NCBI GenBank assembly: GCA_964478975.1
Contig: CAYZKQ010000001.1
Coordinates: 1 to 53,016, forward strand
Source of the DNA: an uncultured Vicinamibacterales bacterium
GTDB taxonomy: Bacteria > Acidobacteriota > Vicinamibacteria > Vicinamibacterales > JAHECP01
Direction: 5' to 3'
DNA length: 53,016 nt
Below are positions 44,893 to 53,016 of the stretch, piece after piece. Position numbers and translations under genes: made by a program. Each line of letters opens with the position of its first letter. Position 1 is the first letter of the stretch. Under the pieces are notes generated by a model. The model had not been told where the DNA came from and did not search any database. It saw only the letters and a list, made by a program, of their open reading frames with translations.

Positions 44893-46374
44893 TCATCGGG
44901 CGGGGGCGGGGAAGAACGGTTCCCACTTCTCGCGCGGCGGGGGCGGGGTCAACCAGCTCACCACGATCAGGGACACGAGCGACACAATCAGCGCGGGAAA
45001 GATCGCGTCGCGTTCGACCCACGCCGCCGGCAAGATCGCCTTGCCGCCGTAGTTCCAGAAGATCGTGACAGCCGTGCCCAGCGCCAGCGAGACGATCGCC
45101 CCGGACGCCGTCGCCCGCTTCCAGAAGAACGCGGCCATCACGACCGGCGTGATGGCCGCCGAATAGATCGTGTAAGCGTAGAGCGCCATCGCGAGGATCG
45201 ACGTCCAGTACGCCCCCTGGAGCAGCGCGAACAGCCCGAGCGCGACCACGAGCCCCCGCGAGACCACCAGGACCCGCCGGTGGGAGGCCCTCGGGTTGAT
45301 GAACCGCGTGTAGACGTCGTTCACCAGGTTCGTCGCCGGCGAAAAAATGTAGTTGTTCGCCGTCGAGATGACCTTCGCGAAAATCGCCCCCATCAGGAGC
45401 GCCCCGACGAGCGGCGGGAGCCCGTGCCGCGCGGCGAACGGAATGATTTCCCGCGGCCGCGCCGCGATCTCGGGGTGCCCCGGGAACGCCGCCGAGGCGA
45501 AGATCGCGATCGCCACGATCAGGGTCTCCAGCACGAGCGTCCCCACGATCCACCATGCCACCGCGACGCGGGCGTCCCGCTCGGAGCGGGCCGAGAAAAA
45601 CTTCTGATACATGCTCTGGTTGCCGAGCATCAGGAGAAACACCGGCACGAAAAACTCCATGGCGCGCGTGAACGACAGCCGCCCCAGGACCTGAAAGTGC
45701 TCCGGGGGCAGCACCTGGTGCAGCCCGGCCCAGCCGTTCGCCTTCGCGAGCAACAACGGCGCCGCCAGCAGCCCCGTGGCCGTGATGAGCAGGCCGATGA
45801 CCACGTCCATGTACGCCACGGAGGCCATCCCCGCGAGCGCCGTAAACGACAGCACGAAGGCCGCCATGATGCACATGCCCAGGGCGTGCTCGTTGCCCGG
45901 CGCGAAGCCGAACCAGTCCCGCGCCACCGCGTCGAGCCCGGGGAAGGCGAGGTGCAGAATATCGCCGCCCCCCTTGAACTGATAGGACGTGATCGCCGTG
46001 TACGCGAAGAGGATCGCAATCGTCCCCATCACCCGCGCGGCCGCGTTGTACCGCGCTTCGAGCAGGTCGGGAATCGTGAACTGCGCGAACTTCCGCGCCC
46101 GCGGCGCCACAAAGTAGATGATCAGGAGCCCCACCCACCCGCCCGCCGGCTGCCAGAGCGACGGGAACCCGTTCAGGTACGCGTTCTCGGCGCCCGCGAA
46201 CAGACTCCCCGCCCCGATCCACGACGAAAGCAGCGTGAAAATGAGGACCGACGCCGGCAGCGAACGGCCCGCCACGAGGAAATCGGCCTTCGTCTTGACC
46301 TTCCGCACCTGCGCCACACTGACGCCGAGCAGCGTCACGACGATGAGCGCGAGCACCAGGACGTAGAGATTCAT
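44893..46374 (-). CDS. Sodium:solute symporter (SSS) family transporter
   Basis: 493 aa with about 13 hydrophobic segments. N-terminal FLVAGRSLP and SWIGAGSLFG-like motifs. Confidence 0.85.
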   Translation of the reverse strand: MNLYVLVLALIVVTLLGVSVAQVRKVKTKADFLVAGRSLPASVLIFTLLSSWIGAGSLFAGAENAYLNGFPSLWQPAGGWVGLLIIYFVAPRARKFAQFTIPDLLEARYNAAARVMGTIAILFAYTAITSYQFKGGGDILHLAFPGLDAVARDWFGFAPGNEHALGMCIMAAFVLSFTALAGMASVAYMDVVIGLLITATGLLAAPLLLAKANGWAGLHQVLPPEHFQVLGRLSFTRAMEFFVPVFLLMLGNQSMYQKFFSARSERDARVAVAWWIVGTLVLETLIVAIAIFASAAFPGHPEIAARPREIIPFAARHGLPPLVGALLMGAIFAKVISTANNYIFSPATNLVNDVYTRFINPRASHRRVLVVSRGLVVALGLFALLQGAYWTSILAMALYAYTIYSAAITPVVMAAFFWKRATASGAIVSLALGTAVTIFWNYGGKAILPAAWVERDAIFPALIVSLVSLIVVSWLTPPPPREKWEPFFPAPAR

Positions 46375-46380
46375 GGGGGC

Positions 46381-46659
46381 TCACTCCTTCGGGGGCACGT
46401 AGTCCGGCGGGAGCGCCGACCCCTCGCCGAAGAAGAACGCCTCCATGTACCGCGCGATGAGCTCTTGCGCTTCCTTCTGGAACGGCAGCAGCCGGTACTC
46501 GTTCAGGATCATCTTCATCCGTTCCTCCCACATCCGCCACGCTTCCGCCGAGACATGTTCGTAGATCCGCTGCCCCAGCTCGCCCGGCCACGGCGGGGCG
46601 TCGAGCCCGGGCAGCTCGCGGCGGAACTTCACACAATAGACCGTCCGCCCAGTCGCCAT
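46381..46659 (-). CDS. yggX: Fe(2+)-trafficking / oxidative-damage protection protein YggX
   Basis: 92 aa. RTVYCVKFRRELPGLDAPPWPGELGQRIYEHVSAEAWRMW...ILNEYRL matches the YggX pattern. Confidence 0.88.
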   Translation of the reverse strand: MATGRTVYCVKFRRELPGLDAPPWPGELGQRIYEHVSAEAWRMWEERMKMILNEYRLLPFQKEAQELIARYMEAFFFGEGSALPPDYVPPKE

Positions 46660-46975
46660 CGTCTCCGAACCTCCTCCCGTTGCGCCATCTTATCCGGGAC
46701 ACGACGTCCGCCCAAGAACGCGGTGCGCAGCCGCGGGCTGTGGTGGCGGCGCCTCCCAGCCCAACCCTCCGGCCGAGTGACTGGAAACCAGACAGACGTG
46801 TCTTGATTCCATGCACTGACACGGCCGTCATGCGGGACGGCCCGGCTGGGTAACGTGCTGAGCAGTCATGAGTTGTGTCCAGCATCGGACCGACGGGAGA
46901 GTGCTAGCTCTGGCATATGGTTTGTAGCTCAGCCACAAGAACACTCGACACCGGAGGGGAAGGGAGTATGAGTCC

Positions 46976-47212
46976 ATGAACGAGTTGCTCGACGGGGCGG
47001 ATTCCGGGACGCCCCGCAAGTCGCGCCGCGGGTTTGCGTCCATGTCTCCGGACAAGCAGCGCGAAATCGCGAGCAAGGGCGGGCGCGCCGCCCACGAGAA
47101 AGGCACCGCCCACGAGTGGACGCCCGAGGAAGCTCGGGCCGCGGGTCGCAAGGGCGGGTTGACGAGCCGCGGCGGACGCGGGCGGGCATCGACCGCACCG
47201 CCGGCCGCCTGA
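46976..47212 (+). CDS. KGG-repeat general stress protein (YciG/GsiB-like)
   Basis: GGAGGGGAAGGGAG RBS. GFASMSPDKQREIASKGGRAAH and EEARAAGRKGG repeats. Confidence 0.85.
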   Translation: MNELLDGADSGTPRKSRRGFASMSPDKQREIASKGGRAAHEKGTAHEWTPEEARAAGRKGGLTSRGGRGRASTAPPAA

Positions 47213-47247
47213 ACACCGGTCGAACCGGCGCCACCCACCAGAAGCTC

Positions 47248-47281
47248 GAGCGGCCGGCGCAATCCGAGCCTCCGGCCGCTC
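47248..47281 (+). terminator. GC-rich hairpin downstream of the KGG gene
   Basis: Perfect 10-bp inverted repeat GAGCGGCCGG (47248-47257) / CCGGCCGCTC (47272-47281) with a 14-nt loop. There is no T-tract. Confidence 0.35.
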
Positions 47282-47457
47282 GGCCATCCAGCGCCTGCTG
47301 CCGCTCTCCCTGCTCTCCTTCCGGTACGGTCCCCCGCCCCGCACGGCCTCGCTCCCCGAGCGTCGGACAAGAGCTGTCGCGGCTGGTCGGGGGCTCGCTC
47401 GGGTTACCCCGTTCGAGCGGCCGCGCGGACTTCGGCATCCTCCGATCGATTCGGAGC

Positions 47458-49479
47458 TCAGTGCCGCCCGAGCAAGGCGACCTGCACGCGGGCGTCGTTG
47501 AAGCAGGCGCCGCCGCCGAGGTCCGTGAGCGTGTCGGGGACCAGCGCGGTCGCGGTCTGCCCGTTGAGGGTGTGCTTGCGCCACAGGCCTTTCGGCAGGC
47601 AGACGACGCCGGGGCGCAGCCGAGGATTGATGGTCGCCGGACAGTGCACTTCGCCCAGGGCGTTGAACACCCGCACCTCGTCACCGTCGCTGATGTGGCG
47701 CGCCTCTGCGTCGGCCGGGTGGATCTCCAGCCGCGCCGGTTCGTCGCGCAGCTCGCCGAGGGTGGACGAGATCGTCCGACTCGTGGCGGGGGAGACCAAG
47801 GCCAGGGGGTACTCGCTGGTGCCCGGGTCGGGCCGGTAGGTGTAGAGGCCGCCGGGCGTCTCGGCCGCGAGCGCCTCCGGGTACAGGTGGACCTTGCCGT
47901 CCGGCGTCTGCGGAAAGACGTTCCCGAACTGGACCGGCGCTCCGTCGTAAGGCGGGTCGGCGATGCCGCGTTCGAGCAGAGCGGTCCGCACCGCCTCGGG
48001 GAACCTCGCCGTGACGCGGAGCAGCGTTTCGGTGTCCGCTTCGCCGTCGGGCGCGAGCCCGAGACGGCGGGCGATTTCGCTGAAGACTTCGCCGTTCGGC
48101 CGCGCCTCGCCGACCGCGTCGATGACCGGGCGGACGAGCTGCAGGCTGACGGGGCCGTAGGCCTTGGCGATGTCGTAGTGCTCGAGGAAGGTCGTGGCGG
48201 GCAGGATGACGTCGGCGTACCTGGCCGTGTCGGTGAGGACCTGGTCGAACACGACGGTGAAGAGGTCTTCGCGCGCCAGCCCCTGCAAGACCCGGTTCTG
48301 GTCCGGCATCGTGACGGCGGGGTTGCAGTTGTAGACGAACAGGACGCGCACGGGCGGGTCGTCGAATTCCGTCAGGGCGCGGCCGAGCTGGTTCATGTTC
48401 ACGAGGCGCGTGGGCGGTTCGGGGGCGTCGATCCACATGGCGGCTTTCAGGCCCCACGACGCCGAGTTGCTCATCGTGTAGCCGCCCCCACGGACGCCGA
48501 ACTTGCCGGCCACGGCGGGCAGGGCCAGCACGGCCATGACGGCGCTCCCGCCGTTGCGGTTGCGTTCGATCCCCCAGCCGCAGCGGATGACGGCGGGGGT
48601 GCGCTCCGCGTAGAGCCGGGCGAACTGTTCGAGGTGCGCCGGGTCGATGCCCGCTTCCGCGGCGGCCCGCGGGATGGGCCACTCGGCGGCGCGCGCGCGG
48701 AACGCCTCGACGCCGCGGGCGTGTTGAGCCAGAAACGCCAGGTCGGCCAGGCCGTGCTCGAACAGGTAGTGGTGGACGGCGAGGGCGACGGGCAGGTCGG
48801 TGCCCGGTCGCACCGGCAGGTGCAGGTCGGCGAGGCGGGCGAGGGGCGTCGCGCGCGGGTCGACGACGACCAGCGCAGCGCCCCGGCGCTGCGCTTCGCG
48901 GATGGCGGGGACGAGGTGGATGCTCGAGCTCGAGGGGTTGGCCCCCCACACGACGATCAGGCGGGCGTGCACGTAGTCCGCGTAGGTCACGCTCGGCATC
49001 TTGCCGTAGAGGGCCTCGTTGGCGGCGCCGGTCGCGGCGGCGCAGACCGTCCGCGCGAGCCGCGACGCGCCGAGCCGCCGCCACAGTTCCGCATCGGCGG
49101 TGTCCTTGGTCAGGAGGCCGTTCGACCCCCCGTACGAGAAGGGCAGAATGGCTTCGCCGCCCCAGCGGTCGCGCACTTCGCGCAGCGCCCCCGCGACGGC
49201 GTCCAGCGCTTCGTCCCAGCTCACCCGCTGGAACACCCCGGCGCCCTTGGGCCCCGTGCGGAGGCCGGGATAGAGCATCCGGTCCTGGCCGTAGACGCGG
49301 CGGTCGAAGCCGCGGACTTTCGCGCAGATGAACCCGTCGGTCGCCGGCGCCCGCCGCGACCCGTCGATCTTCACGATGCGGCCGCGTTCGACCGAGACGG
49401 CAAGGCTGCAGGAATCGGGGCAATCGAGCGGGCACGCCGTGTCGATGGTCGAGCGTCCCCAGGTCACCGGTGGTCGCAT
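47458..49479 (-). CDS. Molybdopterin (bis-MGD) oxidoreductase, single-subunit cytoplasmic type
   Basis: N-terminal [4Fe-4S] motif CPLDCPDSCSL...FICAKV, then the MopB core and a C-terminal molybdopterin dinucleotide-binding domain (ARLEIHPADAEARHISDGDEVRVFN). There is no in-frame TGA. ATG 49479 was chosen as the start. Confidence 0.88.
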   Translation of the reverse strand: MRPPVTWGRSTIDTACPLDCPDSCSLAVSVERGRIVKIDGSRRAPATDGFICAKVRGFDRRVYGQDRMLYPGLRTGPKGAGVFQRVSWDEALDAVAGALREVRDRWGGEAILPFSYGGSNGLLTKDTADAELWRRLGASRLARTVCAAATGAANEALYGKMPSVTYADYVHARLIVVWGANPSSSSIHLVPAIREAQRRGAALVVVDPRATPLARLADLHLPVRPGTDLPVALAVHHYLFEHGLADLAFLAQHARGVEAFRARAAEWPIPRAAAEAGIDPAHLEQFARLYAERTPAVIRCGWGIERNRNGGSAVMAVLALPAVAGKFGVRGGGYTMSNSASWGLKAAMWIDAPEPPTRLVNMNQLGRALTEFDDPPVRVLFVYNCNPAVTMPDQNRVLQGLAREDLFTVVFDQVLTDTARYADVILPATTFLEHYDIAKAYGPVSLQLVRPVIDAVGEARPNGEVFSEIARRLGLAPDGEADTETLLRVTARFPEAVRTALLERGIADPPYDGAPVQFGNVFPQTPDGKVHLYPEALAAETPGGLYTYRPDPGTSEYPLALVSPATSRTISSTLGELRDEPARLEIHPADAEARHISDGDEVRVFNALGEVHCPATINPRLRPGVVCLPKGLWRKHTLNGQTATALVPDTLTDLGGGACFNDARVQVALLGRH

Positions 49480-49564
49480 GGGCGTCGTGGCTCCAGTGTA
49501 CCACGCGCCGCCGGCCGGCGCCGACGGTTTATGATGGTCCCGAACGCTCCACGAAACGGCTGCC

Positions 49565-50872
49565 ATGGGGACGGCCGTGCCGCACATCGTGATCGTGGGC
49601 GGGGGAGTCGGCGGCCTGTATGCGGCGCGGGCGCTCCGGCGCCGTCGCGGCGTCCGCGTGACGCTCGTGGACGCCCGTAACCACCACGTCTTTCAGCCGT
49701 TGTTGTACCAGGTGGCGACGGCGGGGTTGTCGCCGGGCGATATCGCCTCGCCGATCCGCTGGGTGCTGCGGCGGCAGCGCAACGTGCGCGTGCTGCTCGG
49801 CGAGGTGACCGGCGTCGACCTGGCGCGGCGCGTCGCCCTGCTCGCCGACGGGGACGCGATCGCTTACGATTTCTTGATCGTGGCGGCGGGCGCTACGCCG
49901 AGCTATTACGGGCACGACGAGTGGCGCGACGCCGCGCCGGGTCTCAAGACGCTCGAGGACGCCCTCGAGATTCGCCGCCGGGTGCTGCTGGCCTTCGAGC
50001 GGGCCGAGCGGGCGGCGGACGCGCAGGTCCGGCGGCGGCTCCTCACCTTCGTGGTGGTCGGCGGGGGCCCGACGGGCGTCGAGCTCGCAGGCGCACTCGC
50101 CGAGATCGCGCGGCAAACCGTCGCCGACGAGTACCGGGGCATCGACCCCCGGGCCGCGCGCATCGTGCTCGTGGAGACCGGGCCCGCGATCCTCCCGGCG
50201 TTCCCGCCCGGGTTGCGCGCCGCGGCGCAGCGGGCGCTCGAGCGCCTGGACGTCGAGGTCCGAACGGGGGTGCCGGTCACGCACATCGCCGACGGGGTGA
50301 TCCAGGTCGGCGGCGAGCGGTGGGAGGTCGGCACGGTGCTGTGGGCCGCGGGCGTCTCCGCGGCGCCGCTCGGCCGCCGCCTCGGCGCGGCGGTCGACAG
50401 CGCCGGGCGCGTCTACGTCAACCCGGACCTGTCCATTCCCGGCCACCCAGAGGTCTTCGTGGTGGGAGACCTCGCGGCGTTCGTCGTCGCGCGCGACGAG
50501 CACGGGCGGGAGACGCTGCTGCCGGGCGTTGCGCAGGTGGCGATGCAGCAGGCGCGGCACGCGGTGCGGAACATCCGGCGGACGTTGGACGGCCGCCCCC
50601 GGGTGCCGTTTCGGTATCGGGACTACGGGAACCTCGCGACGATCGGGCGGAATGTCGCCGTCGCTGACTTCGGACGGCTGCGCCTCGACGGGCGCCTCGC
50701 GTGGTTCCTCTGGCTGTTCGTGCACATCGTCTGGCTCATCGGGTTCCGCAATCGGCTGGGGGTGCTGGTGCAGTGGGCGTGGGCGTACGTCACGTACCAG
50801 CGCAGCGCGCGGTTGATCACCGAGACCGCCGCGAGCCGGGAGCGGCCGGTGGCGTTCAAGGTGCGGCGGTGA
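49565..50872 (+). CDS. ndh: Type II NADH dehydrogenase (NDH-2)
   Basis: IVIVGGGVGG and VVVGGGPTGVE dinucleotide folds, FQPLLYQVA, and a C-terminal amphipathic/hydrophobic tail. Confidence 0.88.
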   Translation: MGTAVPHIVIVGGGVGGLYAARALRRRRGVRVTLVDARNHHVFQPLLYQVATAGLSPGDIASPIRWVLRRQRNVRVLLGEVTGVDLARRVALLADGDAIAYDFLIVAAGATPSYYGHDEWRDAAPGLKTLEDALEIRRRVLLAFERAERAADAQVRRRLLTFVVVGGGPTGVELAGALAEIARQTVADEYRGIDPRAARIVLVETGPAILPAFPPGLRAAAQRALERLDVEVRTGVPVTHIADGVIQVGGERWEVGTVLWAAGVSAAPLGRRLGAAVDSAGRVYVNPDLSIPGHPEVFVVGDLAAFVVARDEHGRETLLPGVAQVAMQQARHAVRNIRRTLDGRPRVPFRYRDYGNLATIGRNVAVADFGRLRLDGRLAWFLWLFVHIVWLIGFRNRLGVLVQWAWAYVTYQRSARLITETAASRERPVAFKVRR

Positions 50873-50892
50873 AAGGGGGAGGGCAGATCGGC

Positions 50893-51984
50893 ATGACCAG
50901 AAGTGCGTGGCTGCGGTGGGGTATCGTGGCGGCAGCGGCGCTCGCCGCCGCCGGGCCCGGCGCGTCGCCGGCGATCGACGAGCGGTATTCGCGCGGCACC
51001 TACCTCCTCCTGCAGCAGGTCGTGACGCGCGTGTCGAACCTGACCGCCATCGCGCTGTTCGACGTGCTGGCGGTCGCGGCGCTCGGGGCCGCGGCCGCCC
51101 TCGTGGTCCGGCGGGTCCGCGCGCGCGGCGCGGGCGCGTGGGGGCCGGTGTTGCGGCGGCTCGCGGGCGACGCGATCGTGGCGGGCGCGCTTCTGTACCT
51201 GGTGTTCCTGGCGGTGTGGGGCTTGAACTACCGGCGGCTGCCGCTGGTCGACGTGCTCGACTTCGACCGCGCCCGCGTGACGCCCGACGCCCTCCTGAGT
51301 CTGGCCGCGCGCGCCGTCGACGAGCTCAATCGGCTCCACACCGAAGCCGAGTCGCGCGGCTGGCCCTCGCTCGACGGCGTGAGCGGCGACCTGGCGCCGG
51401 CATTCGCGAGCGTGCAGAGCGAGCTGGGGCTGCCGCGTCCCGCCGTGCCCGGGCGGCCGAAGCGCTCGCTGCTGGGTTGGTACTTCCCGCGGGCGGCCAT
51501 CGACGGCATGATCGACCCGTTCTTCCTGGAGGTCATCCTCAATCCGGAGGTCCTGCCTTTCGAGCGCCCCATGGCGCTCGCGCACGAGTGGGCGCACCTG
51601 GCGGGCTTCGCCGACGAGGCCGAGGCGAGCTTTGTCGGGTGGGTGACGTGCCTCCGCGCCGGCGACCACGAACGCTACAGCGCGTGGTTGTCGCTCCTGC
51701 TGCACCTGGCGGCCGAGCTGCCGCGGCACGAGTACGTGGCGGCACTGACGCGCCTCGACGCGGGCCCGCGCGACCACCTGCGGGCGATCATCGCCCGCGT
51801 GGACCGCTCGGCGGTCCGGCCGGTCCGGGAGGTCGCGCGCCGCACCTACGACGGCTACCTCAAGGCCAACCGCGTCGAGCGCGGCATCCAGCGCTACGAC
51901 GATGTCGTCATGTTGGTGGCGGGGACGCGGTTCGACGAGGGCTTCGTGCCGCGGCGGCGGCCTCCCGCCGGCGCCGAGGACTGA
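50893..51984 (+). CDS. DUF3810-like membrane-anchored putative zinc metallopeptidase
   Basis: N-terminal TM segments, a YFP...IDGM.DPFF block, and an HExxH-like AHEWAHLAGF. Confidence 0.7.
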   Translation: MTRSAWLRWGIVAAAALAAAGPGASPAIDERYSRGTYLLLQQVVTRVSNLTAIALFDVLAVAALGAAAALVVRRVRARGAGAWGPVLRRLAGDAIVAGALLYLVFLAVWGLNYRRLPLVDVLDFDRARVTPDALLSLAARAVDELNRLHTEAESRGWPSLDGVSGDLAPAFASVQSELGLPRPAVPGRPKRSLLGWYFPRAAIDGMIDPFFLEVILNPEVLPFERPMALAHEWAHLAGFADEAEASFVGWVTCLRAGDHERYSAWLSLLLHLAAELPRHEYVAALTRLDAGPRDHLRAIIARVDRSAVRPVREVARRTYDGYLKANRVERGIQRYDDVVMLVAGTRFDEGFVPRRRPPAGAED

Positions 51985-51995
51985 GGCGTCGCGCC

Positions 51996-52325
51996 CTAGT
52001 CGGGAGTCGGGTCGAGCTTCTCGAAGTCGTCCTCGGTGAGCGGGCCCGCGCGCTCCGCGGGCCGGGGCGGAGCCGGCTGGCCGAGGTCGAGGCGGTCCAG
52101 CTCGTCGGCCGTGAGGGCGGGTTGTGCCGGCGCGCGGCGCAGGGCCTCGGGGTTGAAGTCCGCCGTGCGGCGGCCGCGAACTTCGACGCGCACCCACGCC
52201 CGCCAGTTGCACGCGTGGCAGCGGTGCGGCCGCTTCGCGGTGAACACCTGCCGGAGGCGCTCGGCGAAGCCGCGGTGGCGCGAAAGATACACGCGGGTGG
52301 ACCCGCAGCGAGGGCACTGGGTCAT
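51996..52325 (-). CDS. Small zinc-ribbon protein
   Basis: MTQCPRCGS...RCHACNWR gives two CxxC pairs, followed by an acidic, Pro-rich tail. The start was chosen at the internal ATG 52325. Confidence 0.5.
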   Translation of the reverse strand: MTQCPRCGSTRVYLSRHRGFAERLRQVFTAKRPHRCHACNWRAWVRVEVRGRRTADFNPEALRRAPAQPALTADELDRLDLGQPAPPRPAERAGPLTEDDFEKLDPTPD

Positions 52326-52461
52326 GGGCCGAGCCTCCGCGACGCGCTCGCGTGGCGACGTATCGGCGCGAGCGGTCCCGAACTTGAGCACTCCAGGCCC
52401 GGCGAGCCCGCCGCCGAGCCGACCCCGCGCGACTCGCGGGCCGACCGGGCCGGTTCCGCCT

Positions 52462-53016
52462 TCAGCGGAGCGCCGCGAGGCGCTGCTTCGCGAGCGGCGC
52501 AACCAGGGGGCCGTCGAACCACAGCGTCGCGTCGGCGGCGGCCGCCGCGCGCTCGAAGGCCGCCCGGGCGTCGGCGGTCCGGTTGAGGGCTTCGTAGCAG
52601 AGCCCCATCAAATAGGCGACCGTGCCCGCCGCGACGCCGGGACCGTCCGGCACGTTTACCTGCCGGAGCGACTCGAGCGCCGGTTCCCAGTCGTTCAGGC
52701 TGAGGTGGGCGATAGCGAGGTTCAAGCGCGCCACCATCTGTTCGAGGGGACGGGGGCCGGCCTGCACAGCGTCGCGCATCTCGAGCAGGACCTTGTTGTA
52801 GAGGGCCGTCCGGTTGCCCAGCCGCAGCGGGTTCGGCATCTCGATCACCGAGAGCTTGACTTGGCGGGTCGCGCCGTCGCGCTGGACCTCGAGAACCAGC
52901 TCGCCCCCAGGGGCCGTGCCGGCGGTCCGCGCCTGGAGGTCTCCCGCCGAGGCGACGGGCTGGCCGCCGGCGCCGACGATGACGAGCGCGCCCGCTTCGC
53001 TCTCTTCGGCCGCCAG
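52462..53016 (-). CDS. PDZ-domain plus TPR-like C-terminal protein; 5' end outside the window
   Basis: The frame is open to the window edge. A PDZ-like segment is present (ALVIVGAGGQPVASAGDLQA...GGELVLEVQRDGATRQVKLSV), followed by helical TPR-like repeats (AIAHLSLNDWEPALESL, AYLMGLCYEALNRTADARAAFERA). Confidence 0.65.
   Translation of the reverse strand: MAAEESEAGALVIVGAGGQPVASAGDLQARTAGTAPGGELVLEVQRDGATRQVKLSVIEMPNPLRLGNRTALYNKVLLEMRDAVQAGPRPLEQMVARLNLAIAHLSLNDWEPALESLRQVNVPDGPGVAAGTVAYLMGLCYEALNRTADARAAFERAAAAADATLWFDGPLVAPLAKQRLAALR

Noticed and set aside
46924-46934. GTAGCTCAGCC, resembling the 5' acceptor/D-arm start of a tRNA
   Set aside because: The downstream sequence has no D-loop GG, anticodon stem, T-arm (GTTCGAATC-like) or acceptor complement. 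It is only an 11-nt chance match.
47458-49479. Selenocysteine-containing formate-dehydrogenase-like enzyme
   Set aside because: The reading frame has no internal TGA, and no SECIS-like hairpin context is evident. I treat it as a Cys/Ser-type MopB enzyme.
1-53016. Search for mobile elements, CRISPR arrays, rRNA/tRNA genes, and defence or toxin-antitoxin modules
   Set aside because: I recognised no transposase, integrase or recombinase motifs, no direct-repeat/spacer arrays, no structured RNA genes and no typical defence-gene signatures. The window looks like core chromosome apart from the operons highlighted above.

Overview
Very GC-rich bacterial chromosomal segment. GC3 bias is extreme, so almost every real gene is shadowed by long Arg/Pro/Gly-rich antisense or out-of-frame ORFs. 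I kept only ORFs with recognisable protein-like sequence and motifs, about 49 CDS. I saw no rRNA, tRNA, CRISPR array, transposase or integrase. The gene content (CarboxypepD_reg-type TonB-dependent receptor, many secreted peptidases) is reminiscent of Acidobacteriota or Gemmatimonadota, but that is only a guess. Layout: (1) 1-3743, the end of a TolC / ABC-2 exporter operon. (2) 3771-13209 on the minus strand, an eight-gene, tightly translationally coupled operon. It encodes an NfnA-like and an NfnB-like flavoprotein pair, PorG, a GltD-like flavoprotein carrying the PorD ferredoxin module, PorA, PorB, a cytochrome-bd-subunit-I-like membrane protein with two C-terminal c-type haem domains, and an orphan polytopic membrane protein. 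This is the most unusual thing in the window. (3) 13475-15619, an M20 amidohydrolase and a hotdog thioesterase. (4) 15712-22283, a complete Rrf2-sufA-sufBCDSU-sufT Fe-S assembly operon with a good promoter and a perfect TGTGA-N6-TCACA palindrome upstream. (5) 22539-33708, a secreted orphan protein, a serine hydrolase, a TonB-dependent receptor, then a five-gene overlapping acyl-thioester cluster (SDR, KASIII-like lacking His/Asn, AMP-ligase, alpha/beta hydrolase, SCP-x-type thiolase) and a TetR regulator. Its family composition resembles OleABCD / beta-lactone clusters but is not canonical. (6) 33717-43142, housekeeping and scavenging genes (DPP-IV, cupin chimera, a deleted D-aminoacylase remnant, DUF72, two hydrolases, DinB). 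(7) 43155-46659 on the minus strand, an odd yggX / Na-solute symporter / stand-alone LigD-phosphoesterase / YvcK-like operon. (8) 46976-53016, a KGG stress protein, a molybdopterin oxidoreductase divergent from NDH-2, DUF3810, a zinc-ribbon protein and a partial PDZ/TPR protein. All functional calls come from motif recognition by eye. No database search was possible.
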